From: an archaeon
Lineage (GTDB): Archaea; AGJL01; Methanococci; Methanococcales; Methanocaldococcaceae
DNA length: 15,740 nucleotides
Direction: 5' to 3'
NCBI GenBank assembly: GCA_024278985.1
Contig: JAJRSC010000002.1
Location: 1-15,740 of the forward strand
The notes below the pieces were generated by a model. The model searched no databases, was not told the origin of the DNA, and worked only from the letters and a program-made list of their open reading frames with translations. Positions 1 to 10,777 of this stretch are shown in pieces (the first letter of the stretch is position 1; the number at the start of each line of letters is the position of its first letter). The translations under genes were made by a program, and so were the position numbers.

Positions 1-108
1 AGAGGCAATTTTACGTATTTAGTATAATATCTCTTCTAATATATAACCTTTTCTATTATGTAATTTGTCAAGGGGTAGGTAATAGCTTTTATTTATAAAC
101 CTTTGAAG
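1..108 (+). repeat. Direct repeat copy A (leader), paired with 15633-15740
   Basis: Base-by-base comparison shows mismatches only at 48 (C vs T at 15680) and 71 (A vs G at 15703). Confidence 0.98.
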
Positions 109-387
109 TTTTTAATTTATCTTTCTTTTTTGATTTTTTAATCTAAAAACTTTTTAATTTTGAAAATAAGTTTTGTTTATTGGAGAAATTTTAATTTAAA
201 ATTAACTGTCAAAAATCTTTTAAAAATCTCGATAATTCACTACATCCAAATATTTAAAATAATCAAAATATGCGACCCTTAGAAAATTGATAAAAATCCT
301 TAAAATTAAAAAATAATCGATTAAATTCCTCTAAATTAAAAATAAAAATTTTTTAGCGTGATAAATAATAATTTTCTAATAAAAAAT
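1..387 (-). promoter_or_regulatory. CRISPR leader (long-repeat element) of a second array expected immediately left of the window
   Basis: 1-108 matches 15633-15740, the leader abutting the array in this window, at 106/108 positions. 109-387 is AT-rich and non-coding up to the hacA stop, so the distal boundary is uncertain. Confidence 0.85.
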
Positions 388-1635
388 TTATAATTGATTA
401 GAAATATATCCTTTAACTGCTGAGATAGCAGCTACTTTTGGAGAGCATAGATATATATAGCTATTTGGATGTCCCATTCTACCTTTAAAGTTTCTGTTAG
501 ATGTTGATAAACAAACTTCTCCCTCAGCTAAAACTCCCTGATGGGCTCCTAAACATGGCCCACATCCTGGAGGGCAAATCATTGCTCCAGCTTTTAAAAA
601 TATCTCTATTATCCCCTCTTTTAGTGCCTGTAAGTATATGTTCTTTGATGCAGGTATAACTATAAGTTTAACATCCTTATGAACTTTTTTTCCTTTTAAT
701 ATCTCTGCAGCTATTCTTAAATCTTTCAATCTTGCATTTGTACAACTTCCTATAAACACCTGATTTATTTCTATGCCCTCAACTTCACTTACAGGTTTAA
801 CATTATCTGGAGAATGTGGCAGTGCTATTTGCTCCTCCAAGTCAGTTATATCAATTTCTACCTCTTTATAATATTCTTCATCTTTATCTACAGTAATTCT
901 TTCCTTTTTTAATTTGTTTATTGTCTCCTCACTTAATCCTCTCTCTTCTTTTAAGTATCTATATGTTTCCTCATCTGCCTGCATAATTCCAGTTTTAGCT
1001 CCCATCTCTATAGCCATATTACACATGGTTAATCTGTCATCCATATCTAACTTTTCAACACCATGAAATTCAATTGCTTTATAGATATTTCTTTTTCCAA
1101 GTTCTTTACAAACTCTTAATATTATATCCTTTCCAGATATTTTTTCATTTTTTCCAACAATATTAACCTTTATTGTTTTTGGAACTTTAATCCATGTTTC
1201 TCCTGTAGCATATATATATGCCATATCAGTGGCCCCAAATCCAGTGGCAAATGCTCCAAAAGCTCCATGTGTGCATGTATGACTATCTCCACCAGCTACA
1301 AACATGTTTGGCAAAACATATTTTTCAGCTAAAATTTGGTGACATATTCCTTCCCCACCTTTATGAAAATTCTTTATATTATATCTATTAACAAACTCTA
1401 AAGCTAATTTTTGCATCTCAGCAGCTTTAACTGTATTTGCTGGAATATTATGGTCAAAAATAATAACAATCTTCTCATTATCAAAAACAGAATCAGCCAT
1501 TTCTTTTAATGCCTTATAAGCTAAAGGTGTTGAACCATCATGAGTCATAGCTAAATCTACCTTAACATCAATACTCTCTCCTTCATAAACTTCTCTCCCC
1601 AACTTTTTAGATAGTATTTTTTCCACTAAACTCAT
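388..1635 (-). CDS. hacA: Methanogen homoaconitase large subunit (LeuC/aconitase family; coenzyme B 2-oxoacid elongation)
   Basis: Aconitase-family motifs [37 protein letters not shown] (three Fe-S Cys) and [12 protein letters not shown]. The N-terminus (LVEKILSKK..[20 protein letters not shown]) matches my recollection of MJ1003 HacA/AksD rather than LeuC. Confidence 0.88.
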   Translation of the reverse strand: MSLVEKILSKKLGREVYEGESIDVKVDLAMTHDGSTPLAYKALKEMADSVFDNEKIVIIFDHNIPANTVKAAEMQKLALEFVNRYNIKNFHKGGEGICHQILAEKYVLPNMFVAGGDSHTCTHGAFGAFATGFGATDMAYIYATGETWIKVPKTIKVNIVGKNEKISGKDIILRVCKELGKRNIYKAIEFHGVEKLDMDDRLTMCNMAIEMGAKTGIMQADEETYRYLKEERGLSEETINKLKKERITVDKDEEYYKEVEIDITDLEEQIALPHSPDNVKPVSEVEGIEINQVFIGSCTNARLKDLRIAAEILKGKKVHKDVKLIVIPASKNIYLQALKEGIIEIFLKAGAMICPPGCGPCLGAHQGVLAEGEVCLSTSNRNFKGRMGHPNSYIYLCSPKVAAISAVKGYISNQL

Positions 1636-2576
1636 TATTTCCCCTCATCATCAAAAAATATTAAATTGTTTTTTGGGTCTATTTCAAGTACAATTTTTCC
1701 ATCTTTAAATACGCTTACTATTCCACCAGACTCTGATACTGTTATAGCAATTGCATCAGTTTCTTTTGTTATTGATGCTGCAGCAACATGTCTTGCTCCT
1801 AAACCTTGAGGAATATTTACATTTCCTTTACTTTCTAAGTATCTTCCAGCAGAAACTACTTTACCATCATCAGTTATTATAAATGCCCCATCAATAGGGG
1901 ATAACTCTTTTATTGTTCCTTTAACATTTTTATCAAAAATACTTGCATTATGTCCTGCAAAAGGATTTAAAATTAATTGTTTTGATAAGCTCATAACATT
2001 TAATGTATCTCCAATAACAAAAATAGTACCTACCTGCTCCCCTTCTCTTCCTTCTCTTCCTAATTCAATAGCTAATTTTAAAACCTCCTTAACTGTCTTT
2101 CTAAGTTTTTCATCATCCAATGAAGATAAAAATGTGTATATAGAAACTGATGATATATATTCACTGACAAATATAATGGAGATTGTATCTAATCTACCAA
2201 CCTCTTTTGGCTTACCTAATACACATACAACAGTATCATTTTTGTTTAATATCTTATTATTTACTGCTGTTAATATTGCAGAACTTATTATTAACCATCT
2301 GTTTTCTTCTCTATATTTTATAAATAAGGGTATTATCTTACTATCTTTTGAAAGTTTTTTATATAATGTTGGGTTTGAAGTGGCTATAATAATCTTAGTA
2401 TTTTTTATAAACAAATTTTTAAATATTGGAATTTTTGGTTTTCTCTTAATTTTAACTGACTTTAAATAATTTGATAAAATATCATATGCCTTTCCAGTTT
2501 CAGTAAATAAAATAAAAGCATCTGCCTCTATATCATATGCCAACTCTAAACCATGTTTTAAAACATGTTCAAGCAA
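1635..2576 (-). CDS. dacZ: Diadenylate cyclase DacZ (pyruvate-kinase-C-like N-domain plus DisA_N/DAC domain)
   Basis: DAC motifs [33 protein letters not shown] and VSESGG. N-terminal [18 protein letters not shown] resembles the PK C-terminal domain. TTG start is preceded by AGGTGA, which overlaps the upstream stop. TAATG overlap with hacA. Confidence 0.9.
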   Translation of the reverse strand: MLEHVLKHGLELAYDIEADAFILFTETGKAYDILSNYLKSVKIKRKPKIPIFKNLFIKNTKIIIATSNPTLYKKLSKDSKIIPLFIKYREENRWLIISSAILTAVNNKILNKNDTVVCVLGKPKEVGRLDTISIIFVSEYISSVSIYTFLSSLDDEKLRKTVKEVLKLAIELGREGREGEQVGTIFVIGDTLNVMSLSKQLILNPFAGHNASIFDKNVKGTIKELSPIDGAFIITDDGKVVSAGRYLESKGNVNIPQGLGARHVAAASITKETDAIAITVSESGGIVSVFKDGKIVLEIDPKNNLIFFDDEGK

Positions 2577-2580
2577 AAAA

Positions 2581-3945
2581 TCACCTAAAATTAATATTTC
2601 TGATGTAATTTATAAATGCCTTATCATCTTTAACAAAAGCACCTGCTGCAAACTTATGCCCTCCTCCAAAACCATTGGCTTTTTTAGAGGCTAATCTTAA
2701 AGTTAAACCTAAATTTACATTTTCAGCTAAGCATAACAATCTTGGACATCTTGCAGAAATTTTATAACCATAATCTGTTTCAGTTATTCCAATTAATGGC
2801 TTTTTCCAGTTAATATTTTCTAAACTATAACTTAAACTTACAATAATTCCCAAAATATTAGATTCAATTTTATCAGTCTTAAAGTATTGAAAGTTTTTTT
2901 CTTCAATTATATCAATCTCTTGGATATGCTCTAAACCTTTTCTTAAATTATTTCTATGTTCTTTTAAGTTATCCAGCATTTTTTTGTATCTTTTTTTCTC
3001 ACCAATGAGAATATCAAGAGCAGTATAATAATCTGAGTATCTTGTACATGCATTTATACATGTTGAAAATTCTTCTAAATCTTTTAAATGTTCATAATTT
3101 TCAAAAATTAATTCATAACTTTCTCCAAAAATTAATTTTGGAAGATATTTTATCCAATTTTGAGGAATATAATTTAAGCATCTTATTAAAAGTTCATTAC
3201 CAATAATTTTTTTAATATAATAGGGGAGAGATGATAAATAACATGTAGGATTAACATCAATGTTATATTTTTTATTTATATAGTTAATAAATGAAATTAT
3301 ATTAGAATCATTATTTAATAAATCTGTTCTTACATCACTCCAATATCTTAAAGAAACAAATAAAGGCCTTGTATATCTTCCATAAAGTTGTAAATCACTT
3401 TTTACTTTAATATCTCCAGAAAAAATAGCATCTTTTAAAATAACTCTATTTAGTCCCTCAAGTTTTCCATAAAGATTTTGTACATCTCCAACTGCCCCCA
3501 GAACGGCATATTTTGCTAAATCTATCCAATTCTTATTTATTTCTTTAGCAAAAAGATAACAAACTCCTGCCCCACAAGTTTCTTTATTGTAGAGATGTGG
3601 ATTTACATGAATAATATTATTATTTTTGGGATGTTTTTCAATTAAATGATGGTCTAAAATTATTATATTTCCATTGTAGTCTTTAAAATAATCCTCTATT
3701 ATACTAATTTGTCCACTTCCAAAGTCAGCAAAAATTACAGTGTCAAAATCTTTGGGAACCTCTTGAATAGAATTTTTAGTTATCTGTCTTAAAAATAAAA
3801 ATTCAGTATCTTTATTTACTCTTTCAACTACCTTTTGTAATATTGCCCTTGATGTTAAACCATCAGTATCTATATGTGTAACTACCAATACATTTTCAGA
3901 ATTTAAAAAAATATTTTTAGCTTTTTTTAGTTCTATCATCTTCAT
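2581..3945 (-). CDS. Archaeal RecJ/GAN (Cdc45-like) DHH/DHHA1 phosphoesterase, ssDNA exonuclease family
   Basis: DHH motifs THIDTDG, FADFGS, ILDHH and GAVGD, plus C-terminal DHHA1 [13 protein letters not shown]. The 454 aa length with a central insertion is typical of archaeal RecJ/GAN. Confidence 0.88.
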   Translation of the reverse strand: MKMIELKKAKNIFLNSENVLVVTHIDTDGLTSRAILQKVVERVNKDTEFLFLRQITKNSIQEVPKDFDTVIFADFGSGQISIIEDYFKDYNGNIIILDHHLIEKHPKNNNIIHVNPHLYNKETCGAGVCYLFAKEINKNWIDLAKYAVLGAVGDVQNLYGKLEGLNRVILKDAIFSGDIKVKSDLQLYGRYTRPLFVSLRYWSDVRTDLLNNDSNIISFINYINKKYNIDVNPTCYLSSLPYYIKKIIGNELLIRCLNYIPQNWIKYLPKLIFGESYELIFENYEHLKDLEEFSTCINACTRYSDYYTALDILIGEKKRYKKMLDNLKEHRNNLRKGLEHIQEIDIIEEKNFQYFKTDKIESNILGIIVSLSYSLENINWKKPLIGITETDYGYKISARCPRLLCLAENVNLGLTLRLASKKANGFGGGHKFAAGAFVKDDKAFINYIRNINFR

Positions 3946-4373
3946 ATTCTCTTACTCATTTCATATAAGAATATTGCTAAATTTCCCAAAGCACCAATTT
4001 CATTCTCAACAATATACCTTCCTAAACCTTTTTCTAATTCTAATTTTGTAAATCCAGTTGATGCTCCACAAAATACTACTAAATCATTTTTTCCAACTTC
4101 ATCAAAATTTAATTTCTCATCACAAATATTTTTATTTCCTATTAGATAAACTTTTTCAGGTCTTAATACTTCTATAGCATCATCCAATTCTTCAAAGAAT
4201 AGAACATTTTTTCCTAATTTATAGGCCATTTTTTGTAATGTTGGCACACCACTCTGGGCAGCTGAAGCTGTAGCTTTTGTTATAATTATTGTGTTTGCAT
4301 CAAATCCATATGCAATTCTACCAAACTCTTCAACTTGTTTAGCTGAGTATGTGTTATGCAAGCAAAGGAACAA
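3942..4373 (-). CDS. DUF2122 family protein (predicted SPOUT-fold RNA methyltransferase; often labelled RecB-family nuclease)
   Basis: [50 protein letters not shown] pattern. TTG start with GAGGTGA RBS. ATGA overlap with the DHH gene. Confidence 0.75.
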   Translation of the reverse strand: MFLCLHNTYSAKQVEEFGRIAYGFDANTIIITKATASAAQSGVPTLQKMAYKLGKNVLFFEELDDAIEVLRPEKVYLIGNKNICDEKLNFDEVGKNDLVVFCGASTGFTKLELEKGLGRYIVENEIGALGNLAIFLYEMSKRI

Positions 4374-4419
4374 ATTTTCACCTCATAAAGTTTTACGGTA
4401 GATATTTTTTAATAATATT

Positions 4420-4439
4420 AAAACTATAAATATCTTTCA
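4420..4439. promoter_or_regulatory. Candidate bidirectional BRE/TATA promoter between DUF2122 and beta-CASP genes
   Basis: AAAACTATAAATA on the plus strand overlaps GAAAGATATTTATAG on the minus strand, centred in a 111 bp divergent intergenic gap. Confidence 0.5.
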
Positions 4440-4484
4440 CCATTATCCTTAACTAAATAAATTTAAAAAAATGGTAGATAAAAT

Positions 4485-5741
4485 ATGCTTTTAAAATTTC
4501 ATGGTGGATGTCAAGAGGTTGGTATGAGTTGCATTGAATTTATAGGTAAGAAAAGAATTTTATTAGATTGTGGTATGCATCCAAGTACTGGAGAAATTCC
4601 TAAAATTGAAAATTCTGAAGATTTAGAGGTAATTATAAGCCATGCACATCTTGACCACTGTGGAGCAGTTCCATTTTACAAATTTAAAAAAATTTATTGT
4701 ACTCATCCAACATCTGATTTAATGTATATAACTTGGAAAGATACATTAAATTTAACTAAAGCATATAAAGAGGAAGATATTCAAAGAAGTATGGAGAGTA
4801 TTGAGTCTCTTAACTATTATGAGGAGAAAGTTTTAGATAATAATATAAAATTTAAATTTTACAATGCTGGGCATATTTTAGGTAGTTCATCTATTTATTT
4901 GGAAATAGAAGATAAGAGAATATTTTATACTGGAGATATAAATGAAGTTTCTACAAAAACATTAAAAGGAGCTGATACAGATATAGAGGATATAGATATT
5001 CTTATTATTGAATCAACTTATGGCTCACCATTAGATATTAAACCTTCAAGAAAAGAACTTGAAAAAGAACTTATAAATGAAATTGCAGAGACAATTGAAG
5101 AAGGTGGAAAAGTTTTAATTCCTGTTTTTGCTATTGGAAGAGCTCAAGAAATTTTAATGATTATCAATAACTATATGAGATGTGGAAAATTAAAGGAAGT
5201 TCCTATATATACAGATGGCTCATTAATACATGCAACATCCATTTATTTATCTTATTCTGAATGGTTAAATCCAAAAGTTAGGAATCTTTTAGAGCAGGGA
5301 ATTAATCCATTTGGAGAAATAAAAAAGGCAGATGATACAGTTTTTAATAAAGAGCCATGTATTATAATATCAACCTCTGGAATGGTTCAGGGAGGTCCAA
5401 TTTTAAAATATCTAAAACTTCTAAAAAATCCTAAAAATAAGATAATTTTAACTGGTTACCAAGCAGAGGGAACTTTAGGGAGAGAATTAGAAGAAGGAGC
5501 TAAGGAGATTACACCTTTTAAAAATACCATTCCAATTAGAGGAAAGGTTGTAAAAATAGAATTTTCAGGACATTCTGATTATAATTCTTTAATAAGATAC
5601 TTAAAGAAACTTCCTAAACCAGAAAAGGCAATAGTTATGCATGGAGAAAGATATCAGGCATTATCCTTTGCCATGACTATATGGAAAAATTTAAAAATTC
5701 CTACATATGTCCCAGTTAGAAATACAATTTTACCATTGTAA
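4485..5741 (+). CDS. MBL-fold beta-CASP ribonuclease without KH domains (aCPSF1b/MJ0162-like)
   Basis: [66 protein letters not shown] and VMHGE motifs. Confidence 0.9.
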   Translation: MLLKFHGGCQEVGMSCIEFIGKKRILLDCGMHPSTGEIPKIENSEDLEVIISHAHLDHCGAVPFYKFKKIYCTHPTSDLMYITWKDTLNLTKAYKEEDIQRSMESIESLNYYEEKVLDNNIKFKFYNAGHILGSSSIYLEIEDKRIFYTGDINEVSTKTLKGADTDIEDIDILIIESTYGSPLDIKPSRKELEKELINEIAETIEEGGKVLIPVFAIGRAQEILMIINNYMRCGKLKEVPIYTDGSLIHATSIYLSYSEWLNPKVRNLLEQGINPFGEIKKADDTVFNKEPCIIISTSGMVQGGPILKYLKLLKNPKNKIILTGYQAEGTLGRELEEGAKEITPFKNTIPIRGKVVKIEFSGHSDYNSLIRYLKKLPKPEKAIVMHGERYQALSFAMTIWKNLKIPTYVPVRNTILPL

Positions 5742-6941
5742 ATCTATTAATTCCTGTTTTCCTGTTTCCATATCTTTTATTAGTATTTTGTTTTCTTTAA
5801 GTTCTTTCTCTCCAACAATAACAACCTTAGATATACCCCTATTATTTGCATATTCAAGAGCTTTTTTTAATTTCCTTCCCATTATCTCAAATTCTACCTT
5901 TTTACCTCTTTCTCTTAACATCTTAGCTATTTTTAAAGCATCTTTTATTAACTCCTTTTTAAGGGGTACTACTAAATATTTTTCTTCTTTTATATTTACA
6001 TCAACAAATAACATAATTCTATCAAATCCATAAGCAAAACCAACAGATGGAACTTTTTCATTACCAAAGGTTTCAATTAAGTTATCATATCTTCCCCCAC
6101 CACATATTTGCTTACCTTTACAATATATTTCAAAAACCATTCCAGTATAGTAATCTAAACCTCTTGCTATCCCTAAGTTTATGGTGTAGTTATCATAATA
6201 TAAATACTCTAAAATTTCCTCTAAGTTTTCAATAGCTTTTAATGATTCATCATATCCTTTTAAAATCTCTTTTAATTCCTCTAAAATATTTTTTCCTTTT
6301 AAATTTAATATTGTAAATATTAGCTCTTTTTTTTCTTTATCTAAGATTTGAGATAAATAATTCTCTAAACCTTCATAATCTTCCTTATCCATTAATCTCC
6401 TAACTTTTATTTCTTCCTCTTCTGACAATCCAAATTTTTTAAATATTCCTCTTAATATTCCTAAGTGACTAATATGTAAAGAATAATCTAATTTTATCTT
6501 TTCTAATCCTTCAACTGCTAAATTAATAACTTCAGCATCTGCTAAAGGAGAAGATGCTCCTATTAACTCACAACCCATTTGCCAGAATTCTCTATATCTA
6601 CCATGTTGTGGATTTTCATATCTAAAACAGTTTGCAAAGTAGTATAACCTTAATGGCTTTTGTAAATGTCTAAGTTCATTTAAATAAAATCTAACAACTG
6701 GAGAGGTAAGTTCTGGCCTTAAGGCTAGCTCTCTACCTCCATAATCTTTAAAAACATAAAGTTGTTTTCTAATTTCTTCACCAGTTTTTTTGACTATCAA
6801 TTCAAAACTTTCAAAAGTAGGAGTTAGTATTTCCTCATATCCATAACTTTCAAAAACCTCTCTTAATTTTTTTTCTATATATCTCCTTTTTTTCATTTCT
6901 TCAGGTAAAAAATCTCTTGTTCCTTTTGGTCTTTGAAACAT
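5730..6941 (-). CDS. hisS: Histidine--tRNA ligase
   Basis: [39 protein letters not shown] and GGGRYD motifs, plus a C-terminal anticodon-binding domain (present, so not HisZ). Confidence 0.97.
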   Translation of the reverse strand: MFQRPKGTRDFLPEEMKKRRYIEKKLREVFESYGYEEILTPTFESFELIVKKTGEEIRKQLYVFKDYGGRELALRPELTSPVVRFYLNELRHLQKPLRLYYFANCFRYENPQHGRYREFWQMGCELIGASSPLADAEVINLAVEGLEKIKLDYSLHISHLGILRGIFKKFGLSEEEEIKVRRLMDKEDYEGLENYLSQILDKEKKELIFTILNLKGKNILEELKEILKGYDESLKAIENLEEILEYLYYDNYTINLGIARGLDYYTGMVFEIYCKGKQICGGGRYDNLIETFGNEKVPSVGFAYGFDRIMLFVDVNIKEEKYLVVPLKKELIKDALKIAKMLRERGKKVEFEIMGRKLKKALEYANNRGISKVVIVGEKELKENKILIKDMETGKQELIDLQW

Positions 6942-6985
6942 TTTTATCCTCTTAAAAATTGTTTTAGCAATAGATAAAATTAATA

Positions 6986-6997
6986 ATAAATATTTAT
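6986..6997. promoter_or_regulatory. Palindromic TATA-like element in the hisS/mmp11 divergent promoter
   Basis: The perfect 12 bp palindrome ATAAATATTTAT is centred in the 98 bp intergenic gap, at TATA-like distance from both starts. Confidence 0.5.
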
Positions 6998-7039
6998 AAT
7001 TAAGTTTTTGTCTTATAAAAATATAAAAGGGGTTAAAGA

Positions 7040-7924
7040 ATGTATAAAAAAGTTATTGCAATGAAGGATATTAACATGGTTGAGATAGTTGAAGAACATC
7101 CATGTCCTAATGGTTCTGAATGGGTTATATATCAATATAAAAGAACATCCCCTCTAATTTTATCAGCATGGAGAGAAGGAAATAAGCACCATTTTGTTTG
7201 TAAAGTAGGGAAAGCTAATTTAAAGTTAATTCCTTCATTATCTGCTGGAGGAATTGAGGAGATAAAGGTTGATGATAAATATATTTATATAACTTATGCC
7301 GGCTTAGCAGGTGCTGGAGTTGGTGCTCTTCTGAGAAAAGATGCTGAGAATGTTGTTGATATAAAAATTATTAAAGAAGGAGGAGGAAGTAAGATAGGAA
7401 AGAGTCAAGTCATAACCCATAAAATGGAAAAAATTATTGTTGGGATTGATGACACTGATAACAAAGATGAAGGAGCTACTTGGGTTTTAGCTCATAAAAT
7501 TGGGGAACATATAGAAAAAAAGGGTTTAGCTTATTATTTAGACCATACTATTGTCCAATTATATCCAGGAACTCCAGATAAAACACAGAATTGTGTTTCT
7601 ATTGCATTAAGTTTTGCCGTCCTTCCAGAAAATAAAAACAAAGTTATAAATGAAATAATTAATATATTAGATAAAGAGAGTGTTTCAGATAACACTGCTA
7701 TAGCAGTATATAATGGTTTATTTGCATCAAAAAATATGAGATTATTTACATTAAGAGCAAAAAGAGAAGTTGTTAGCTTAGAAGAGGCTAAAAATGTTGC
7801 TGAAAAAAATAATATAAAACTAATTCCTATAAGAAGTGAAAAGGGTCTTATTGGGGCTGTTGCTGCTTTAGGATTAGCAGAATGTCATAAATTAGCTGCA
7901 AGATTATGGGAAGATATAAAGTGA
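7040..7924 (+). CDS. mmp11: Methanogenesis marker protein 11 (contains TiaS-like GIDDTD domain)
   Basis: [48 protein letters not shown] and [10 protein letters not shown] motifs. Confidence 0.8.
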   Translation: MYKKVIAMKDINMVEIVEEHPCPNGSEWVIYQYKRTSPLILSAWREGNKHHFVCKVGKANLKLIPSLSAGGIEEIKVDDKYIYITYAGLAGAGVGALLRKDAENVVDIKIIKEGGGSKIGKSQVITHKMEKIIVGIDDTDNKDEGATWVLAHKIGEHIEKKGLAYYLDHTIVQLYPGTPDKTQNCVSIALSFAVLPENKNKVINEIINILDKESVSDNTAIAVYNGLFASKNMRLFTLRAKREVVSLEEAKNVAEKNNIKLIPIRSEKGLIGAVAALGLAECHKLAARLWEDIK

Positions 7925-7930
7925 TGAGTT

Positions 7931-8407
7931 ATGAGATATCCAAAGTTATATGTGGAAAAGCCAAAAAAACCTGAAAAGGGAAAGGTAGTTATAGAGAAAG
8001 ATGGAAAAGTTATAAGATTTTTAGAGGATAATGAAGAGTATGAGGGAGAGGGAAAGATATTATATAAAGTTATTTATGATGATTTTCCAGAGTATATATT
8101 AATGAATGAATTAATTTGTGATATTCTTCTATATTATGAATTTGGTGGAGCTAAGCAAATAACATACTTAAAGAAAGGAACTAAGCTCTTAGAAGTTTTG
8201 GCTGAGGGGTATAAGGTTTATCCAATTGTTGATTTTGGATGTAGAATTTTAGAAAATCATAGATTAGCAGCCATTCAAACAAGAAAAGGAGAAATAAGAT
8301 TTATTAATACTCCTGTTAATGGAATTGTTGTATTCCTTCAAGAGATTCCACATAAGAGAGAAAACTATAAATTTTATATACTTCCAGATAAAGAAATTGA
8401 GTGTTAA
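7931..8407 (+). CDS. DUF2118 family protein (C-terminal biotinyl/lipoyl-like barrel)
   Basis: PKLYVE..LKKGTKL..AEGYKVYPIVDFG..LAAIQTRKGEIRFINTPVNGIVVF pattern. Confidence 0.72.
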   Translation: MRYPKLYVEKPKKPEKGKVVIEKDGKVIRFLEDNEEYEGEGKILYKVIYDDFPEYILMNELICDILLYYEFGGAKQITYLKKGTKLLEVLAEGYKVYPIVDFGCRILENHRLAAIQTRKGEIRFINTPVNGIVVFLQEIPHKRENYKFYILPDKEIEC

Positions 8408-8409
8408 AT

Positions 8410-8700
8410 ATGTTAGTAGCTAAATTAATAGCAATTTTTACAGTTAAAGAAGCAATAGATTCAGGATTTGGAGATTATGTTAAATTAAGAGCTTCTTATG
8501 AAAATAATATCTATCCTGATGACCATTATGTTGCTATATTAAATATTGTAGGAACTTCTTGCTACTTAGCATTTTTCATTAATGAACATACAAATATTAA
8601 CGATATAAAAGATGAATTATATTTTATGGATACAATTTTAAACCATGATGCTGAAGTAGCAATTAAAAGATTTATTGATAGATTGAGGGATAATAAATGA
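8410..8700 (+). CDS. DUF749 family protein (MTH1880-like small methanogen protein)
   Basis: VAKLIAIFTVKE..YVKLRA..DDHYVAILNIVGTS..IKDEL..LNH resembles MTH1880 as I recall it. The ATG at 8410, two bases after the upstream stop, is preferred over the GTG at 8401. Confidence 0.65.
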   Translation: MLVAKLIAIFTVKEAIDSGFGDYVKLRASYENNIYPDDHYVAILNIVGTSCYLAFFINEHTNINDIKDELYFMDTILNHDAEVAIKRFIDRLRDNK

Positions 8701-9545
8701 TAGATGCCTCAACAAAATTAATTGCCCTTTTAGGAAAACCTGTAAGACATTCACTTTCTCCAATAATGCATAATGCAGCTTTTAAAGATAAAGATTTAAA
8801 TTATGTATATTTAGCTTTTGAGGTAGATAAGGAAAATTTAGGGAAGGTTATAGAGGGAGCTAAGGCTATGGGTATAGTAGGGTTTAATGTTACTATTCCT
8901 CACAAAATTGAAATTATGAAATATTTGGATAAATTGGATAAAGAGGCTGAACTTATTGGAGCAGTTAATACTATAAAAATAAATAAAGATATAGCAAAAG
9001 GATATAATACTGATGGTTTAGGAGCAAGAAAGGCATTAGAGGAAAAAGTTGGAGAGGTTAAAGATAAAAAAATATTAATTTTCGGAGCTGGAGGTGCTGG
9101 TAGAGCTGTTGCTTTTGAATTGGCTAAAAATAACTTTGTTATTATAGCAAATAGAACTATTGAAAAGGCAAAACAATTAGCTGAAGAGATAAAAAATAAG
9201 TTAAATACAGAAGTAGAATATAGTGGGTTGAATGTAGATACTGAGGATATTGATATAATCATAAATGCCACCTCTGTAGGAATGAAAAAAGGAGATAAAC
9301 CACTTTTAACAGCTGATAAACTAAAAAATAAGATTGTTATGGATTTAGTTTATACTCCTTTAGAAACTCCACTTTTAAAAGAGGCTAAAAAAGCAAATGC
9401 TATAGCAATTGATGGGTTAGGAATGCTTATATATCAGGGAGCTTTAGCATTTAAAATATGGACTGGTGTTGAGCCCAATGTTAAAGTTATGAGAGAGGCA
9501 ATATTAAAAGTATTAGAGGATAAAGATGTTACTAAAGAATTGTAA
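8697..9545 (+). CDS. aroE: Shikimate dehydrogenase
   Basis: [54 protein letters not shown] and GLGMLIYQG motifs. ATGA overlap with the upstream gene. Confidence 0.97.
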   Translation: MIDASTKLIALLGKPVRHSLSPIMHNAAFKDKDLNYVYLAFEVDKENLGKVIEGAKAMGIVGFNVTIPHKIEIMKYLDKLDKEAELIGAVNTIKINKDIAKGYNTDGLGARKALEEKVGEVKDKKILIFGAGGAGRAVAFELAKNNFVIIANRTIEKAKQLAEEIKNKLNTEVEYSGLNVDTEDIDIIINATSVGMKKGDKPLLTADKLKNKIVMDLVYTPLETPLLKEAKKANAIAIDGLGMLIYQGALAFKIWTGVEPNVKVMREAILKVLEDKDVTKEL

Positions 9546-10767
9546 AATCTATTTGGATAAAAAGATTGTTGAAGGGGAGATATTAATAGATGATAATACT
9601 GGGAAAATAAAGAAAATAGCAAGGATAATTAACAATAATAATGAAAATATAATAAACATAAAAAATAACTTAGTAATTCCTGGGGCAATTGATTGCCATG
9701 TTCATTTTAGATGGAAAAGCAAAAAAGAAGGATTTAAATCTGGGAGCTTAGCAGCTATTAATGGAGGAATATGTTTTGCAATTGATATGCCAAATGATAA
9801 CCCTCCTATAACATGTAAAGAACTATTTTATAAAAAATTAGAAGATACTAAAAATTTACCAATAAATTTATTTCTAAATTTTGGAATTACTGAGAATAAT
9901 TATAGAGAGTATATAGAAGAGGCAAAGGTATACAAAATATTTATGGTTAAATCAGTTGGAGAACTTTATATTTCTAACTATGATATATTAAAAGATATTT
10001 TTTTAGAGCCAAAACTTTACTGTATCCATGCAGAGCATAGGGATGTTATTTTAGAAAATTTAAAAAAATATTCTTATAATTCTTGGGAAAGTCATACATT
10101 GATAAGAAATAATAAATCTGAATATTTAGCAGTTAAAGAAGTTTTAAAAAATTTATCAGATAACTCAAAAATACATTTTTGTCATATATCTACAGAGGAG
10201 TCCTTAAAAGAAATAGAAAAGTTTAAGGATAAGCATAATATTTCAGTTGAAGTTTGTCCTCATCATCTATATCTTACCAAAGATATGGCTGAAGAATTAA
10301 AAGGTTTTGGAAAAGTTAATCCACCTCTTAGGGATGATAAAGATAGAAAGGCTTTAATTGTTGGAATTAATAGAGGAATAGTTGATATTATTGCCTCAGA
10401 CCATGCTCCTCACTTATTAGAAGAAAAGTTAAAAGATGTTAAAAATTGTCCTTCTGGAATTCCAGGAATAGAGACACTTTTACCTTTAACTTTTAATTTA
10501 TATAACAAAAAATTAATTTCTATTGATAGAGTAATATCTTTAATATCTATAAATCCAGCAAAGAGATTTAATATAAACAATAATATAATTGAGAATAATA
10601 TAGCCAATTTAACAATTGTTGATATAAAAAAAGAAGGAAAAATAAACTCTGATTTATTTGAAAGTAAAGCTAAGTTTTCACCATTTGATGGATTAAAAGT
10701 TAAAGGATTTCCTATATATACAATAGTAAAAGGAAAATTATACGAAAGTTATGGCCTAAAAATTTAA
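9526..10767 (+). CDS. pyrC: Dihydroorotase (amidohydrolase superfamily, type I)
   Basis: [54 protein letters not shown] and [10 protein letters not shown] motifs. Confidence 0.9.
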   Translation: MLLKNCKIYLDKKIVEGEILIDDNTGKIKKIARIINNNNENIINIKNNLVIPGAIDCHVHFRWKSKKEGFKSGSLAAINGGICFAIDMPNDNPPITCKELFYKKLEDTKNLPINLFLNFGITENNYREYIEEAKVYKIFMVKSVGELYISNYDILKDIFLEPKLYCIHAEHRDVILENLKKYSYNSWESHTLIRNNKSEYLAVKEVLKNLSDNSKIHFCHISTEESLKEIEKFKDKHNISVEVCPHHLYLTKDMAEELKGFGKVNPPLRDDKDRKALIVGINRGIVDIIASDHAPHLLEEKLKDVKNCPSGIPGIETLLPLTFNLYNKKLISIDRVISLISINPAKRFNINNNIIENNIANLTIVDIKKEGKINSDLFESKAKFSPFDGLKVKGFPIYTIVKGKLYESYGLKI

Positions 10768-10777
10768 GAGGATTTCA

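Noticed and set aside
1635-5741. DacZ, DHH nuclease and beta-CASP as a CBASS-like or CRISPR-accessory defence module
   Set aside because: All are conserved housekeeping families in Methanococcales. There is no CD-NTase, CARF/SAVED, HEPN or cas gene, and proximity to the arrays is expected given how many arrays this genus has.
7922-7933. Selenocysteine readthrough of TGA-TGA fusing mmp11 to DUF2118
   Set aside because: It would need two consecutive UGA recodings and no SECIS-like hairpin is evident. GTGATGAG is more simply the RBS for the ATG at 7931.
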